From positions 2,016,001 to 2,080,000 of the forward strand of contig OZ245033.1 of the NCBI GenBank assembly GCA_965224025.1: a DNA stretch of 64,000 nt. The letters are read 5' to 3'. Position numbers and translations under genes: made by a program. The notes under the pieces are model-generated. The model was given only the letters and a program-made list of their open reading frames with translations, searched no databases and was not told the DNA's origin. This document shows positions 56,559 to 64,000 of this stretch, one piece after another. Positions within the stretch are counted from its first letter, which is position 1, and each line of letters starts with the position of its first letter. The DNA is from Candidatus Multivorans sp. Lineage in GTDB: Bacteria; Acidobacteriota; Thermoanaerobaculia; Multivoradales; Multivoraceae.

Positions 56559-57614
56559 TCAGGAACTCCCGGCCGCTCGCAGCACGGTCATCTTCATCCA
56601 GCCCGCCGTATTGTGGAAGTCGGCGACTACGCTCCCGGGCGGCACCAACGCGTCACAGGCGGCCCGCTGCTCACGGGAGAGGGTCATGTCGAGCACCGGC
56701 AGAAGGTCCTCCAGGTGCCTGAGCGTGCGCGGCCCGATCAGCGGCGCGGTGATGCCGGGCTGATCCTTGGTCCAGAGGATCGCGAACTGGGCTGGAGTGA
56801 GGCCGGAGTCGGCCGCGATTCGGGCGAACTTGCGGCCGACGTCGATACCGGCTCGCGTAACGCGGTCGGCGTAGAAGCCGCCGCGCAGCGCGGCGCGCGA
56901 GCCCTCGGGATAGTCGGAGTCGCTGAGATAGCGGCCTGCGAGCACGCCCATCGCCATCGGCGCCCAGGTGATGACGCCGAGGCCGAGCCGCTGGCACATG
57001 GGAATCAGCTCGTTCTCGATCCGGCGGTCCAGCAGGTTGTAGGGCGGCTGCTCACTGGCGAAGCGGGCGTAGCCCTTCAGCTTGCTCGTCATCACGGCCT
57101 CGGCGACCATCCAGGCCGGGTGAGTCGAGCAGCCGATGTAACGGATCTTGCCGGCCCGGACCAGGTCGTCCAGTGCCCTCAGGGTCTCGTCGAACGGCAG
57201 CTCGGGCGAAGGGCGGTGCAGTTGATAGAGGTCGATGTAGTCGGTCCGCAGCCTCCGGAGCGAGCCTTCGCAGGCGCGGATCAGGTTGAGCCGCGAGTGA
57301 CCGTACTCGTTGGGGCCGATGCTGCCGGTGTAGTCCACAACGGTTTTGCCGATGACCCTGCGCCCGTGGTCGACTTTGGTTGCGATCAGCAGCTCGTGGC
57401 GCCGGCCGTTTGCCTTGAGTGCCCGGCCGATGATCCGCTCGCCCTCGCCCTCGGCGTAGACCTCGCCGGTGTCGATCAGGTTGATACCGGCGTCCATCGC
57501 CGTCTCCAGCATGCGAACGCACTCCGGCGCCGGCGTCGGATCGGCGAAGTTGTCGCTGCCAAAGCAGAGCGGCGCGACCTTGACGCCGGTGCGTCCCAGG
57601 ATGCGGTACTCCAT
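56559..57614 (-). CDS. Aldo/keto reductase (paralog of 34774-35820)
   Basis: YRILGRTGVKV, DTGEVY, ATK, DLYQLH, EQPPYNLLDRRIENE. Confidence 0.92.
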   Translation of the reverse strand: MEYRILGRTGVKVAPLCFGSDNFADPTPAPECVRMLETAMDAGINLIDTGEVYAEGEGERIIGRALKANGRRHELLIATKVDHGRRVIGKTVVDYTGSIGPNEYGHSRLNLIRACEGSLRRLRTDYIDLYQLHRPSPELPFDETLRALDDLVRAGKIRYIGCSTHPAWMVAEAVMTSKLKGYARFASEQPPYNLLDRRIENELIPMCQRLGLGVITWAPMAMGVLAGRYLSDSDYPEGSRAALRGGFYADRVTRAGIDVGRKFARIAADSGLTPAQFAILWTKDQPGITAPLIGPRTLRHLEDLLPVLDMTLSREQRAACDALVPPGSVVADFHNTAGWMKMTVLRAAGSS

Positions 57615-57643
57615 GCTGTTCCTTGTCCCCGATCTCGCTGGCG

Positions 57644-59260
57644 CTACTTGTGCCAGCGCCGTCCGTTGTTCAGGCCGTCCGCGCGCGGGAACGGCCCGTC
57701 GCGCATCGCGGCATGGTAGGCGAAGCTGGCCAGGATCACCGACGCCTGCTGCAGGTCCTCCGCGATCAAGCGATCGTAGACGTCCATGTTCGTGTGGAAC
57801 GTCGCGTTGAAGAACTCTAGGTCGTCCTGGATGAACTGGAAGCCCTGCAGATCCGCTTCGAGGAAGGCCATGTGGTCGGTGCAGCAGGTGTTGCCGGGCA
57901 CGATCCAGGACATTCCGACGTCGTGGAACGGTTCCATCCAGGCTTCGAAGATCGGTCGCGCCCTGTCGTTCCCCTGCAGGTAGATGCCTCGGAAGCGGCC
58001 GTACCAGTCGACATTGAAGTACACGGACAGGTTCGCGTGCGCCGCCGGCTTCTCCGGCGATGCCGGGTCGCCGAAGTGCTCGCGCACGTAGCCGCGCGAA
58101 CCCAACAGCCCGCTCTCCTCCGCGCCCCAGAGCGCCGCTCGAATCGAGCGTCGGGGCTTGAGGTCGAGGGCTCGCAGGAGCCGCATCGCCTCGATCACGA
58201 TCGCGCTGCCGGCCGCGTTGTCGGTGGCGCCGGTGCCGCCCGGCTCGGCGTCGAGGTGACCGCCGATCATGACCACTTCGTGAGCCAGGTCGCCGCCGGC
58301 GAGGTCCGCGATCACGTTGTAGTCGACGGGATCGTCGGCGCTCAGGATGTTGCGAACCTCGACCTCCATCGCGACCGGCGTTCCGTTGGCGATGAGGCGC
58401 ATCATCCGGTTGTAGTGCTCGGCCGCAACGACGACCCTGGGCATCGGGATCGGTTCGTCGAGGGGCAGCGGGCCGTCCCCGGAGACGTGGACGATCCCCT
58501 TGTCCATCGGGCCTACGTTGGCGGAACCGATCTCGACGAGGACAGCGACGCCTTGCTGTTCCAGGAACGTCTCGATGGCGTGGCGCGTCAGTTCGGGTTC
58601 AGTCTCGTCGTCGTCGTCCGCCGACTGGGAGGGGTTGTTCCGTGGGTCGATCTCGAGGCGGGCCATGCCGCTGAGCTCCTCGTCCGAGAGCCGGACCGCC
58701 TGCGGCGAGAAGTTGGGAACCAGCTCCCGCCCGGGCGAGATGAGCAGGATCGACGTCTCGACCCGTTCTCCCAGAGCGTTCAGGTCGTCCCGCGTCCGGA
58801 TGGCCGTGAGATCGACCGCGGCGACCGGCCCGGCGACGCTGCCGTTGGTGCCCCGGGTGCCGGGCTGGGCGTAGCCGATGACCGGCTGGTACTGCGGCGC
58901 GGTGATGTGGACGGACGTGTAGCGGTTCTCCCAAGCATAGCCGAACTCGCCCCAGGGTTCGAGCGCCGCTTCGAGGCCGAAGCCCTCCAGGGTCTCCCGG
59001 GCCCAGCGGGAGGCGCCGTCGTAGGAAGGCGAGTTCGCATACCTGGGTCCGTAGAGGTCCGTCAGGACGTGGGCGAACTCCATGACCCGGGAGCGGTGGA
59101 AACCCTCGTCGCGGAGGCTGGCGAGGACGTCCGCATCGACCGTCTCCGCCGGGGCGGTGGAACCGGCGGCACCTTCCTCGCCGGCCGGGCCGCCGCACGC
59201 GACCACCATCAGGGCGAGCGCGACGAATGCCGGAATCCGGCTGACACCGCGTGCGATCAC
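57644..59260 (-). CDS. M28 family metallopeptidase lipoprotein
   Basis: LTDLYGPR, GGHLD, GATDNAAG, AEESGLLGS, TDH, HTNMD. Confidence 0.9.
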   Translation of the reverse strand: MIARGVSRIPAFVALALMVVACGGPAGEEGAAGSTAPAETVDADVLASLRDEGFHRSRVMEFAHVLTDLYGPRYANSPSYDGASRWARETLEGFGLEAALEPWGEFGYAWENRYTSVHITAPQYQPVIGYAQPGTRGTNGSVAGPVAAVDLTAIRTRDDLNALGERVETSILLISPGRELVPNFSPQAVRLSDEELSGMARLEIDPRNNPSQSADDDDETEPELTRHAIETFLEQQGVAVLVEIGSANVGPMDKGIVHVSGDGPLPLDEPIPMPRVVVAAEHYNRMMRLIANGTPVAMEVEVRNILSADDPVDYNVIADLAGGDLAHEVVMIGGHLDAEPGGTGATDNAAGSAIVIEAMRLLRALDLKPRRSIRAALWGAEESGLLGSRGYVREHFGDPASPEKPAAHANLSVYFNVDWYGRFRGIYLQGNDRARPIFEAWMEPFHDVGMSWIVPGNTCCTDHMAFLEADLQGFQFIQDDLEFFNATFHTNMDVYDRLIAEDLQQASVILASFAYHAAMRDGPFPRADGLNNGRRWHK

Positions 59261-59330
59261 AGGGTTTTCGTTGCACCTCCGCGGTTGCTGAACCGTCCGG
59301 CACTATACAGCCGCCGACTACACTGCCGCC

Positions 59331-60782
59331 GTGTCGGCGATCGGCGTAGCCGTCCTCGTGTTCATCGCCGTGACCCTGGTCGTCGGCGTCCGGACCTACG
59401 CCAGGATCCGCGGCCGGGCGACGAACTACTACGTCGCCGGTAACGCGATGCCGGTCGGCGTCGTCGGCATCACGCTGTGCGCCCAGGCGTTCGACGCGAA
59501 CGGCTCGGTGGGCAACGCGTCGCTGGTCCACTCGAACGGCTTCTGGGCCGGCGCGGTCATCCCGATCGGCCTGGCGCTCTGCCTGGTCATCGCCGGCACC
59601 TGGTTCGCGGAACCGCTGCACCGGATGCGGCTGATGACGTTGGCCGACTTCTACCGGCGGCGGTACAGCGTCAGGACCGAGACGCTCGCCGCGGGCCTGA
59701 TGCTCGTGAGCAACATCGTGCTGGTCGCGGGCAACCTGGCGGGGCTCGGCCTCCTGCTGCGGGTCGTGTTCGGACTGCCCTACCTGCCCATGCTGGTCGC
59801 CATCGCCGCATGCATCCTCGCCTACGCGGTCTCGGGCGGCCTCCACGCGACGATCGCCACCAGCGTCCTCCAGGTGTCGATCTTCATCGTCAGCATCGTC
59901 GTCGCGGTGGCCTGGCTGGCCGGCGCGCACGGCTGGGGCGTTCTCCTCGCCGCGGCGCCCGAGGGCAGCATGAGTCTGGACGGCCTGCTGTCGCGCGAGC
60001 ACGGAGCCCTCGTCAACTGGGCGGCCCTCGGGTCGCTGGCGCTCGGCGACATCGTGGCGATCGACTTCATTCAGCGGATGATCTCCGCCGATTCGGGTCG
60101 CTCGGCGAAGCGCGGTTGCTATCTCGCCGCGGGGCTGACTCTCGTGGTCGGACTCGCCGTGTCCCTGATCGGGCTGGCCGCCTTCCATTTCGACCGGGAA
60201 CCTGGCTCCTCGCTGCTGATCGATCTGGCTCTCAACGATCTGCCGTTGTTGGTCGGCGGTGCGATCCTGCTCGGGATCATCGCCGCCAGCATGTCGACCG
60301 CTAGCGGCGTCGTGCTCGACCTCGCGAACGTGATCACCCGCAACCTGGTTCAGCGGCACAGCCGGTCGACCTGGGACGACGAGCGGATGCTGCGTTTCTC
60401 CCGCTGGATCGCCCTGCCGACGATGGCGGGCGCCGTCGCCTTCGCCTACGTCCGGCCCGAACCCGGCATCCTGCTCATCCTCGCCTTCGACATCGTCCTC
60501 GCCGGTTGCTTCGTGCCCCTCCTACTCGGCCTGTTCTGGCGCAGGGCGAACACGCCGGGAGCGCTTGCCGGCGTGATCGCCGGCAGCCTCGCGCGCCTCG
60601 TGCTTCACTTCGCGGTTGCGGATGCCTACCGCGGTCTCGACACCTTGCTGGCGCCGGTGTTCAGCCTGGTCGCGATGGTCGTCGTGTCGTTGCTGACGCA
60701 AGCCCGTCATCGGCCCCGGCACGACGAGTTGAAGCGGGTTCCTTCCGAGCGTGATCTGGTGGCAGGGTTGGACGGTGGCTAG
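59331..60782 (+). CDS. Sodium:solute symporter (SLC5 family)
   Basis: NYYVAG, TLADFYRRRY, YAVSGGL, QR..SA, AASMST; many transmembrane helices. Confidence 0.9.
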   Translation: MSAIGVAVLVFIAVTLVVGVRTYARIRGRATNYYVAGNAMPVGVVGITLCAQAFDANGSVGNASLVHSNGFWAGAVIPIGLALCLVIAGTWFAEPLHRMRLMTLADFYRRRYSVRTETLAAGLMLVSNIVLVAGNLAGLGLLLRVVFGLPYLPMLVAIAACILAYAVSGGLHATIATSVLQVSIFIVSIVVAVAWLAGAHGWGVLLAAAPEGSMSLDGLLSREHGALVNWAALGSLALGDIVAIDFIQRMISADSGRSAKRGCYLAAGLTLVVGLAVSLIGLAAFHFDREPGSSLLIDLALNDLPLLVGGAILLGIIAASMSTASGVVLDLANVITRNLVQRHSRSTWDDERMLRFSRWIALPTMAGAVAFAYVRPEPGILLILAFDIVLAGCFVPLLLGLFWRRANTPGALAGVIAGSLARLVLHFAVADAYRGLDTLLAPVFSLVAMVVVSLLTQARHRPRHDELKRVPSERDLVAGLDGG

Positions 60783-61059
60783 CAGCAACGTCGACGGTCA
60801 GGTTAGAGATCTCACTCGCCTGCTCCGGCGTGAACTCGAAGCCGAGGGCCTGGAGGTCAAGGAGGCCATGGAGAACGGCGAACATGTGCTCGTCGTCGGC
60901 GAAATGCTGCTGTTCCCCAGGCGGCTGCTTGAAGGCCAGGTGGCCGAAGTCGGTGACCCCACCGCCGTCGACCTCGACTGGCTCGCCTCCGCCAACCGCA
61001 CCTACTTCCGCAACCTGCGCCGGTTCCATCCGAGTCTGGTGGTGCGATCGGACCCCTGA
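60775..61059 (+). CDS. Small hypothetical protein
   Basis: GTG overlapping the symporter 3' end; coding-like codon usage. Confidence 0.6.
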   Translation: MASSNVDGQVRDLTRLLRRELEAEGLEVKEAMENGEHVLVVGEMLLFPRRLLEGQVAEVGDPTAVDLDWLASANRTYFRNLRRFHPSLVVRSDP

Positions 61060-61082
61060 CGCTCTGTTCCCTGACCGACTCG

Positions 61083-61151
61083 GGCTCGCCGCTTCGCGGC
61101 ATCGCCCGGATGCGGACCAGAGGGTCCGCGCACCCAGAGAACGGGCGTCGG
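61083..61151 (+). repeat. REP-family variant, copy of 46038-46107
   Basis: GCGGACCAGAGGGTCCGCGCACCCAG at 61112-61137. Confidence 0.85.
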
Positions 61152-61224
61152 TGTGGCACAGTTCTCTACTGCACACGAAGGCACCCACTGCCAGCGAGTG
61201 CAGCCCGGAAGGCTCGTGCAGCGC

Positions 61225-61416
61225 CGTCCAGCCTGCCCAGGGATCGGAGGGGAGGGTCCCAGCGAGGCTGTCGGCAAGCGACGGCCGACGAACTCCCATC
61301 AACCGACGACCAACCGGAGCGCAGCCGACCGCAACGAGCGCCGTCCCTCCATCTTTCCCCGAAGCGCGAGTGGCCGCTGGGACCCTCCCCTCCGATCCCG
61401 ACCGGGCAGGCGGGTG
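61225..61416. repeat. ~190-bp structured dispersed repeat, copy of 48696-48880
   Basis: GGGATCGGAGGGGAGGGTCCCAGCG pairs with CGCTGGGACCCTCCCCTCCGATCCC; interior GAGGCTGTCGGCAAGCGACG and CCGACGACCAACCGGAGCGCAGCCGACCGCA shared. Confidence 0.85.
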
Positions 61417-61469
61417 ACGCCGCCTTCGCCGCCACGCCGGCGCGGCCGGCGGCGTACACTTGGCGGCCG

Positions 61470-62519
61470 ATGGGGAACGCCTTGGCCCTGGGCCGTCGAT
61501 CGATCCTGCTTGCGCTCGCGGCGGCCGCGGCCGTGGCGGGCTGCGGCGGTGACGGGCGGACGCCGCTGGTCGTCTACTCGCCGCATGGCCGGGATCTGCT
61601 GACGGTCGTCGAGCAGGCGTACGAAGAGGCTCGCCCCGATGTCGATGTCCGCTGGCTCGACATGGGGTCGCAGGAGGTCTACGACCGAATTCGCTCCGAG
61701 CGGGCGAATCCGCAGGCGGACGTGTGGTTCGGGGGACCGGCGACGATCCTGGCGCGGGGCGCCGCCGAGGGCCTGCTGGCGCCGTCCGAGCCTTCGTGGG
61801 CCGACGCTCTCGAGGCCGCCGACCGGCACCCGGAGGGTCTCTACTTCACGCTCTACGAGACGCCGACGATCATCGTCTACAACCGCGACGCGATCAATGC
61901 CGAGGAGGCGCCGGCGGACTGGGACGACCTGCTCGACGAGCGCTGGCACGACGAGATCGTGATCCGCGACCCGCTCGCCAGCGGCACGATGCGGACGATC
62001 TTCGGCAAGATCCTGGCTGATTCGGTGGGCGAGACGGGCAGCACGGAGGCCGGTTTCGACTGGTTGCGCCGGCTGGACGCGCAGACCCGGGAGTACGTGC
62101 ACAGCCCGGCGGTGCTGCACGAGAAGCTGACGCGGCAGGAGGGCGTGCTCACGCTCTGGGAGATGACGGACACGCTGTCCCTGATCGACCGCGGCGCCCC
62201 CGTCGCCTACCGGTTCCCGGAGAGCGGCACGGCCGTGATCCAGGACTCCGTGGGCGTCGTCGCGGGCTCGGAGCACCCGGACGAGGCGGCGGCCTTCGTC
62301 GACTGGCTGGGCTCGCCCGAGGCGCTGGCTTTGGCGGTGCGGGAGGCGTTCCGCCTGCCGGCGCGGGCCGACCTGGACGCGGAGCAGCTCGCGCCCTGGG
62401 TCGCGGACGTGCAGTCGCGGCTGCGCCGGGCCGCGGTCGACTGGCGGATGATCGAGGAGAACGGCAGCGAGTGGATGGCGCAGTGGGACCGGGCCGTTCG
62501 CGGCCAGGGCGGAGGATGA
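61470..62519 (+). CDS. ABC transporter substrate-binding lipoprotein (Fe3+/thiamine/AfuA-like)
   Basis: VAGC lipobox, VVYSPH, E..NPQADVWFGG, P.DWDDLL, PLASGT. Confidence 0.88.
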   Translation: MGNALALGRRSILLALAAAAAVAGCGGDGRTPLVVYSPHGRDLLTVVEQAYEEARPDVDVRWLDMGSQEVYDRIRSERANPQADVWFGGPATILARGAAEGLLAPSEPSWADALEAADRHPEGLYFTLYETPTIIVYNRDAINAEEAPADWDDLLDERWHDEIVIRDPLASGTMRTIFGKILADSVGETGSTEAGFDWLRRLDAQTREYVHSPAVLHEKLTRQEGVLTLWEMTDTLSLIDRGAPVAYRFPESGTAVIQDSVGVVAGSEHPDEAAAFVDWLGSPEALALAVREAFRLPARADLDAEQLAPWVADVQSRLRRAAVDWRMIEENGSEWMAQWDRAVRGQGGG

Positions 62520-63667
62520 GCCCGGCGTCGGGCGTCTCCGTTCGGTTCGACGACGTCTACAAGTCGTTCGACGACACGGTTGTGCTCGCCGGTGTCTCGC
62601 TCGATGTCGAACCCGGTGAGATCTTCGCCCTGCTCGGTCCGAGCGGCAGCGGCAAGACGACCATGCTGCGGCTGCTGGCGGGCTTCGAGCAACTCGATCG
62701 CGGCCGCCTGCTGATCGCGGACGAGCCGGTCGAACACCTGCCGCCCGCCCGCCGCGGCGTGGGCATGCTGTTCCAGAGCTACGCGCTCTTCCCGCACCTG
62801 AGCGTGGCGGAGAACGTGGCCTTCGGGCTCAAGGTCCGCGGCGGCGGGCAGGGCGAGGTCCAGGCGCGCGTGGCCGAGATGCTCGAGCTCGTACGCCTCG
62901 GCGGCTTCGAGTCGAGGCGGATCGCCGAGCTCTCGGGCGGCCAGCAGCAGCGGGTCGCCCTGGCCCGGGCGCTGGCGCCGCGGCCGCGAGTGCTGCTGCT
63001 GGATGAGCCGCTCTCGAACCTCGATCCGGCCCTGCGCGAGGAGACCCGCGCCGACCTGCGTGGTACCGTGAAGCAGACCGGCATCACGACGGTGCTGGTC
63101 ACCCACGAGCAGGAAGAGGCGTTTGAACTCGGCGAGCGGATCGGGCTGCTGAACGGCGGTCTGTTGGAGCAGGTCGCGTCGCCCGCCGCGCTGTACCAGG
63201 ATCCGGCTTCGCGCTTCGTGGCGACGTTCGTTGGCCGCTGCTCCGTGCTGCCGGGGGTGGTCGAAGCGCGGGGCGACGATGGCGTGCTCGAGGTTCGGAT
63301 CGAGTCGCCGGGGGCGCCGGAGGTCTGGCGTTGCCAGGGCGGCGGCGGGATCGAGGCCGGCGACCGGGTCGATGTGTGCGTCCGCCCGGAGGCCCTGGAG
63401 ATCGAGTCGCTTGAGCTGGCGCCTGGCGCGGGAACCGGCTTGAGGGGCAAGATCGAGGTTGAGCGCTACACCGGCAGCAGCAGCTTCTACACCGTTCGGT
63501 TGACCGCTCCGTCCGGTGGGTCCGGGGCCGCGGCGGATTCCGTCACCGTCGAGGTCGCGATGCCCGGCACTGCCGCCGGTCTGCGCGGGGCCTGCGTCGT
63601 GCGACCGGCTGCGCAGGAGCCGCCGCCGCGCGTCTTCGCGGCCGGGTCGACCGGGGCCGAGCCATGA
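62516..63667 (+). CDS. ABC transporter ATP-binding protein (FbpC/PotA-like)
   Basis: GPSGSGKTT, FQSYALFPH, LSGGQQQRVALARAL, LLDEPLSNLD, TOBE-like tail. Confidence 0.93.
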   Translation: MSPASGVSVRFDDVYKSFDDTVVLAGVSLDVEPGEIFALLGPSGSGKTTMLRLLAGFEQLDRGRLLIADEPVEHLPPARRGVGMLFQSYALFPHLSVAENVAFGLKVRGGGQGEVQARVAEMLELVRLGGFESRRIAELSGGQQQRVALARALAPRPRVLLLDEPLSNLDPALREETRADLRGTVKQTGITTVLVTHEQEEAFELGERIGLLNGGLLEQVASPAALYQDPASRFVATFVGRCSVLPGVVEARGDDGVLEVRIESPGAPEVWRCQGGGGIEAGDRVDVCVRPEALEIESLELAPGAGTGLRGKIEVERYTGSSSFYTVRLTAPSGGSGAAADSVTVEVAMPGTAAGLRGACVVRPAAQEPPPRVFAAGSTGAEP

Positions 63668-64000
63668 ACCCGGCCAGTCGCGGCCGCGGCTCGGCCCAGT
63701 TCCGGTCGCTGATGCCGTGGCTGGTGCTGGCGTTCCTGGTCTGGCTGGTCGGCTACCCGCTGCTGGTGGTGGCGGCAGAGGCGTTCGGCATCGGCGGTCC
63801 CGGAGCGGACGGCCCGACGACGGAGGCGTTCCGGTCGTTCTTCAGCCGCGCCGACGAGTGGAACGCGATGTGGCGGACGCTGTGGATCTCCGTGCTTTCG
63901 ACACTGGCCGCGGCCGCGGTCGGCGTGCCGCTCGGCTTCCTGTTCGAGCGCAACGAGATTCCGGGCCGGCGCCTGCTCGGCGCCCTGGTCGCGCTGCCGG
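63664..64000 (+). CDS. ABC transporter permease (FbpB-like), runs off the window
   Basis: ATGA overlap with upstream stop; WLVGYPL, GVPLGFLFER..IPGRR. Confidence 0.85.
   Translation, partial: MNPASRGRGSAQFRSLMPWLVLAFLVWLVGYPLLVVAAEAFGIGGPGADGPTTEAFRSFFSRADEWNAMWRTLWISVLSTLAAAAVGVPLGFLFERNEIPGRRLLGALVALP

Overview
High-GC bacterial DNA of about 45 CDSs. The gene content (Oar-like TonB receptor, CRTAC1/ASPIC proteins, sulfatase-TPR, multiheme cytochromes) suggests Acidobacteriota; this is inference. The standout feature is two direct-orientation copies of a ~1.7-kb IS110-family element (4655-6368 and 9444-11155). Each is flanked by a duplicated CC core and sits inside a member of a REP-like palindrome family (palindrome + GCACCCAG). 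The ~400-nt non-coding left end contains a legible bridge-RNA-like structure. One loop carries guides matching both halves of the REP target; the other carries guides matching both halves of the element's circle junction. Joining the ends creates a TTGCTA-N17-TACCTT promoter. Several related REP/REPIN-like repeats occur, some in frame inside genes, plus a second ~180-bp structured repeat with compensatory changes. Other content: rarA, PQQ dehydrogenase, HtrA-like protease, PGI-like protein, GST, crotonase, AAA_14/DUF4143 ATPase, TraB/GumN, a PBP-multiheme-CRTAC1 operon, paired amidohydrolases, sulfatases and aldo/keto reductases, a ThuA-PA14 cytochrome operon, a proline-racemase/SDR/TRAP operon, M28 peptidase, Na+/solute symporter and an Fe3+-type ABC transporter. 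Several truncated, chimeric or frameshifted genes are also present. Family assignments come from motif recognition by eye, not database searches.
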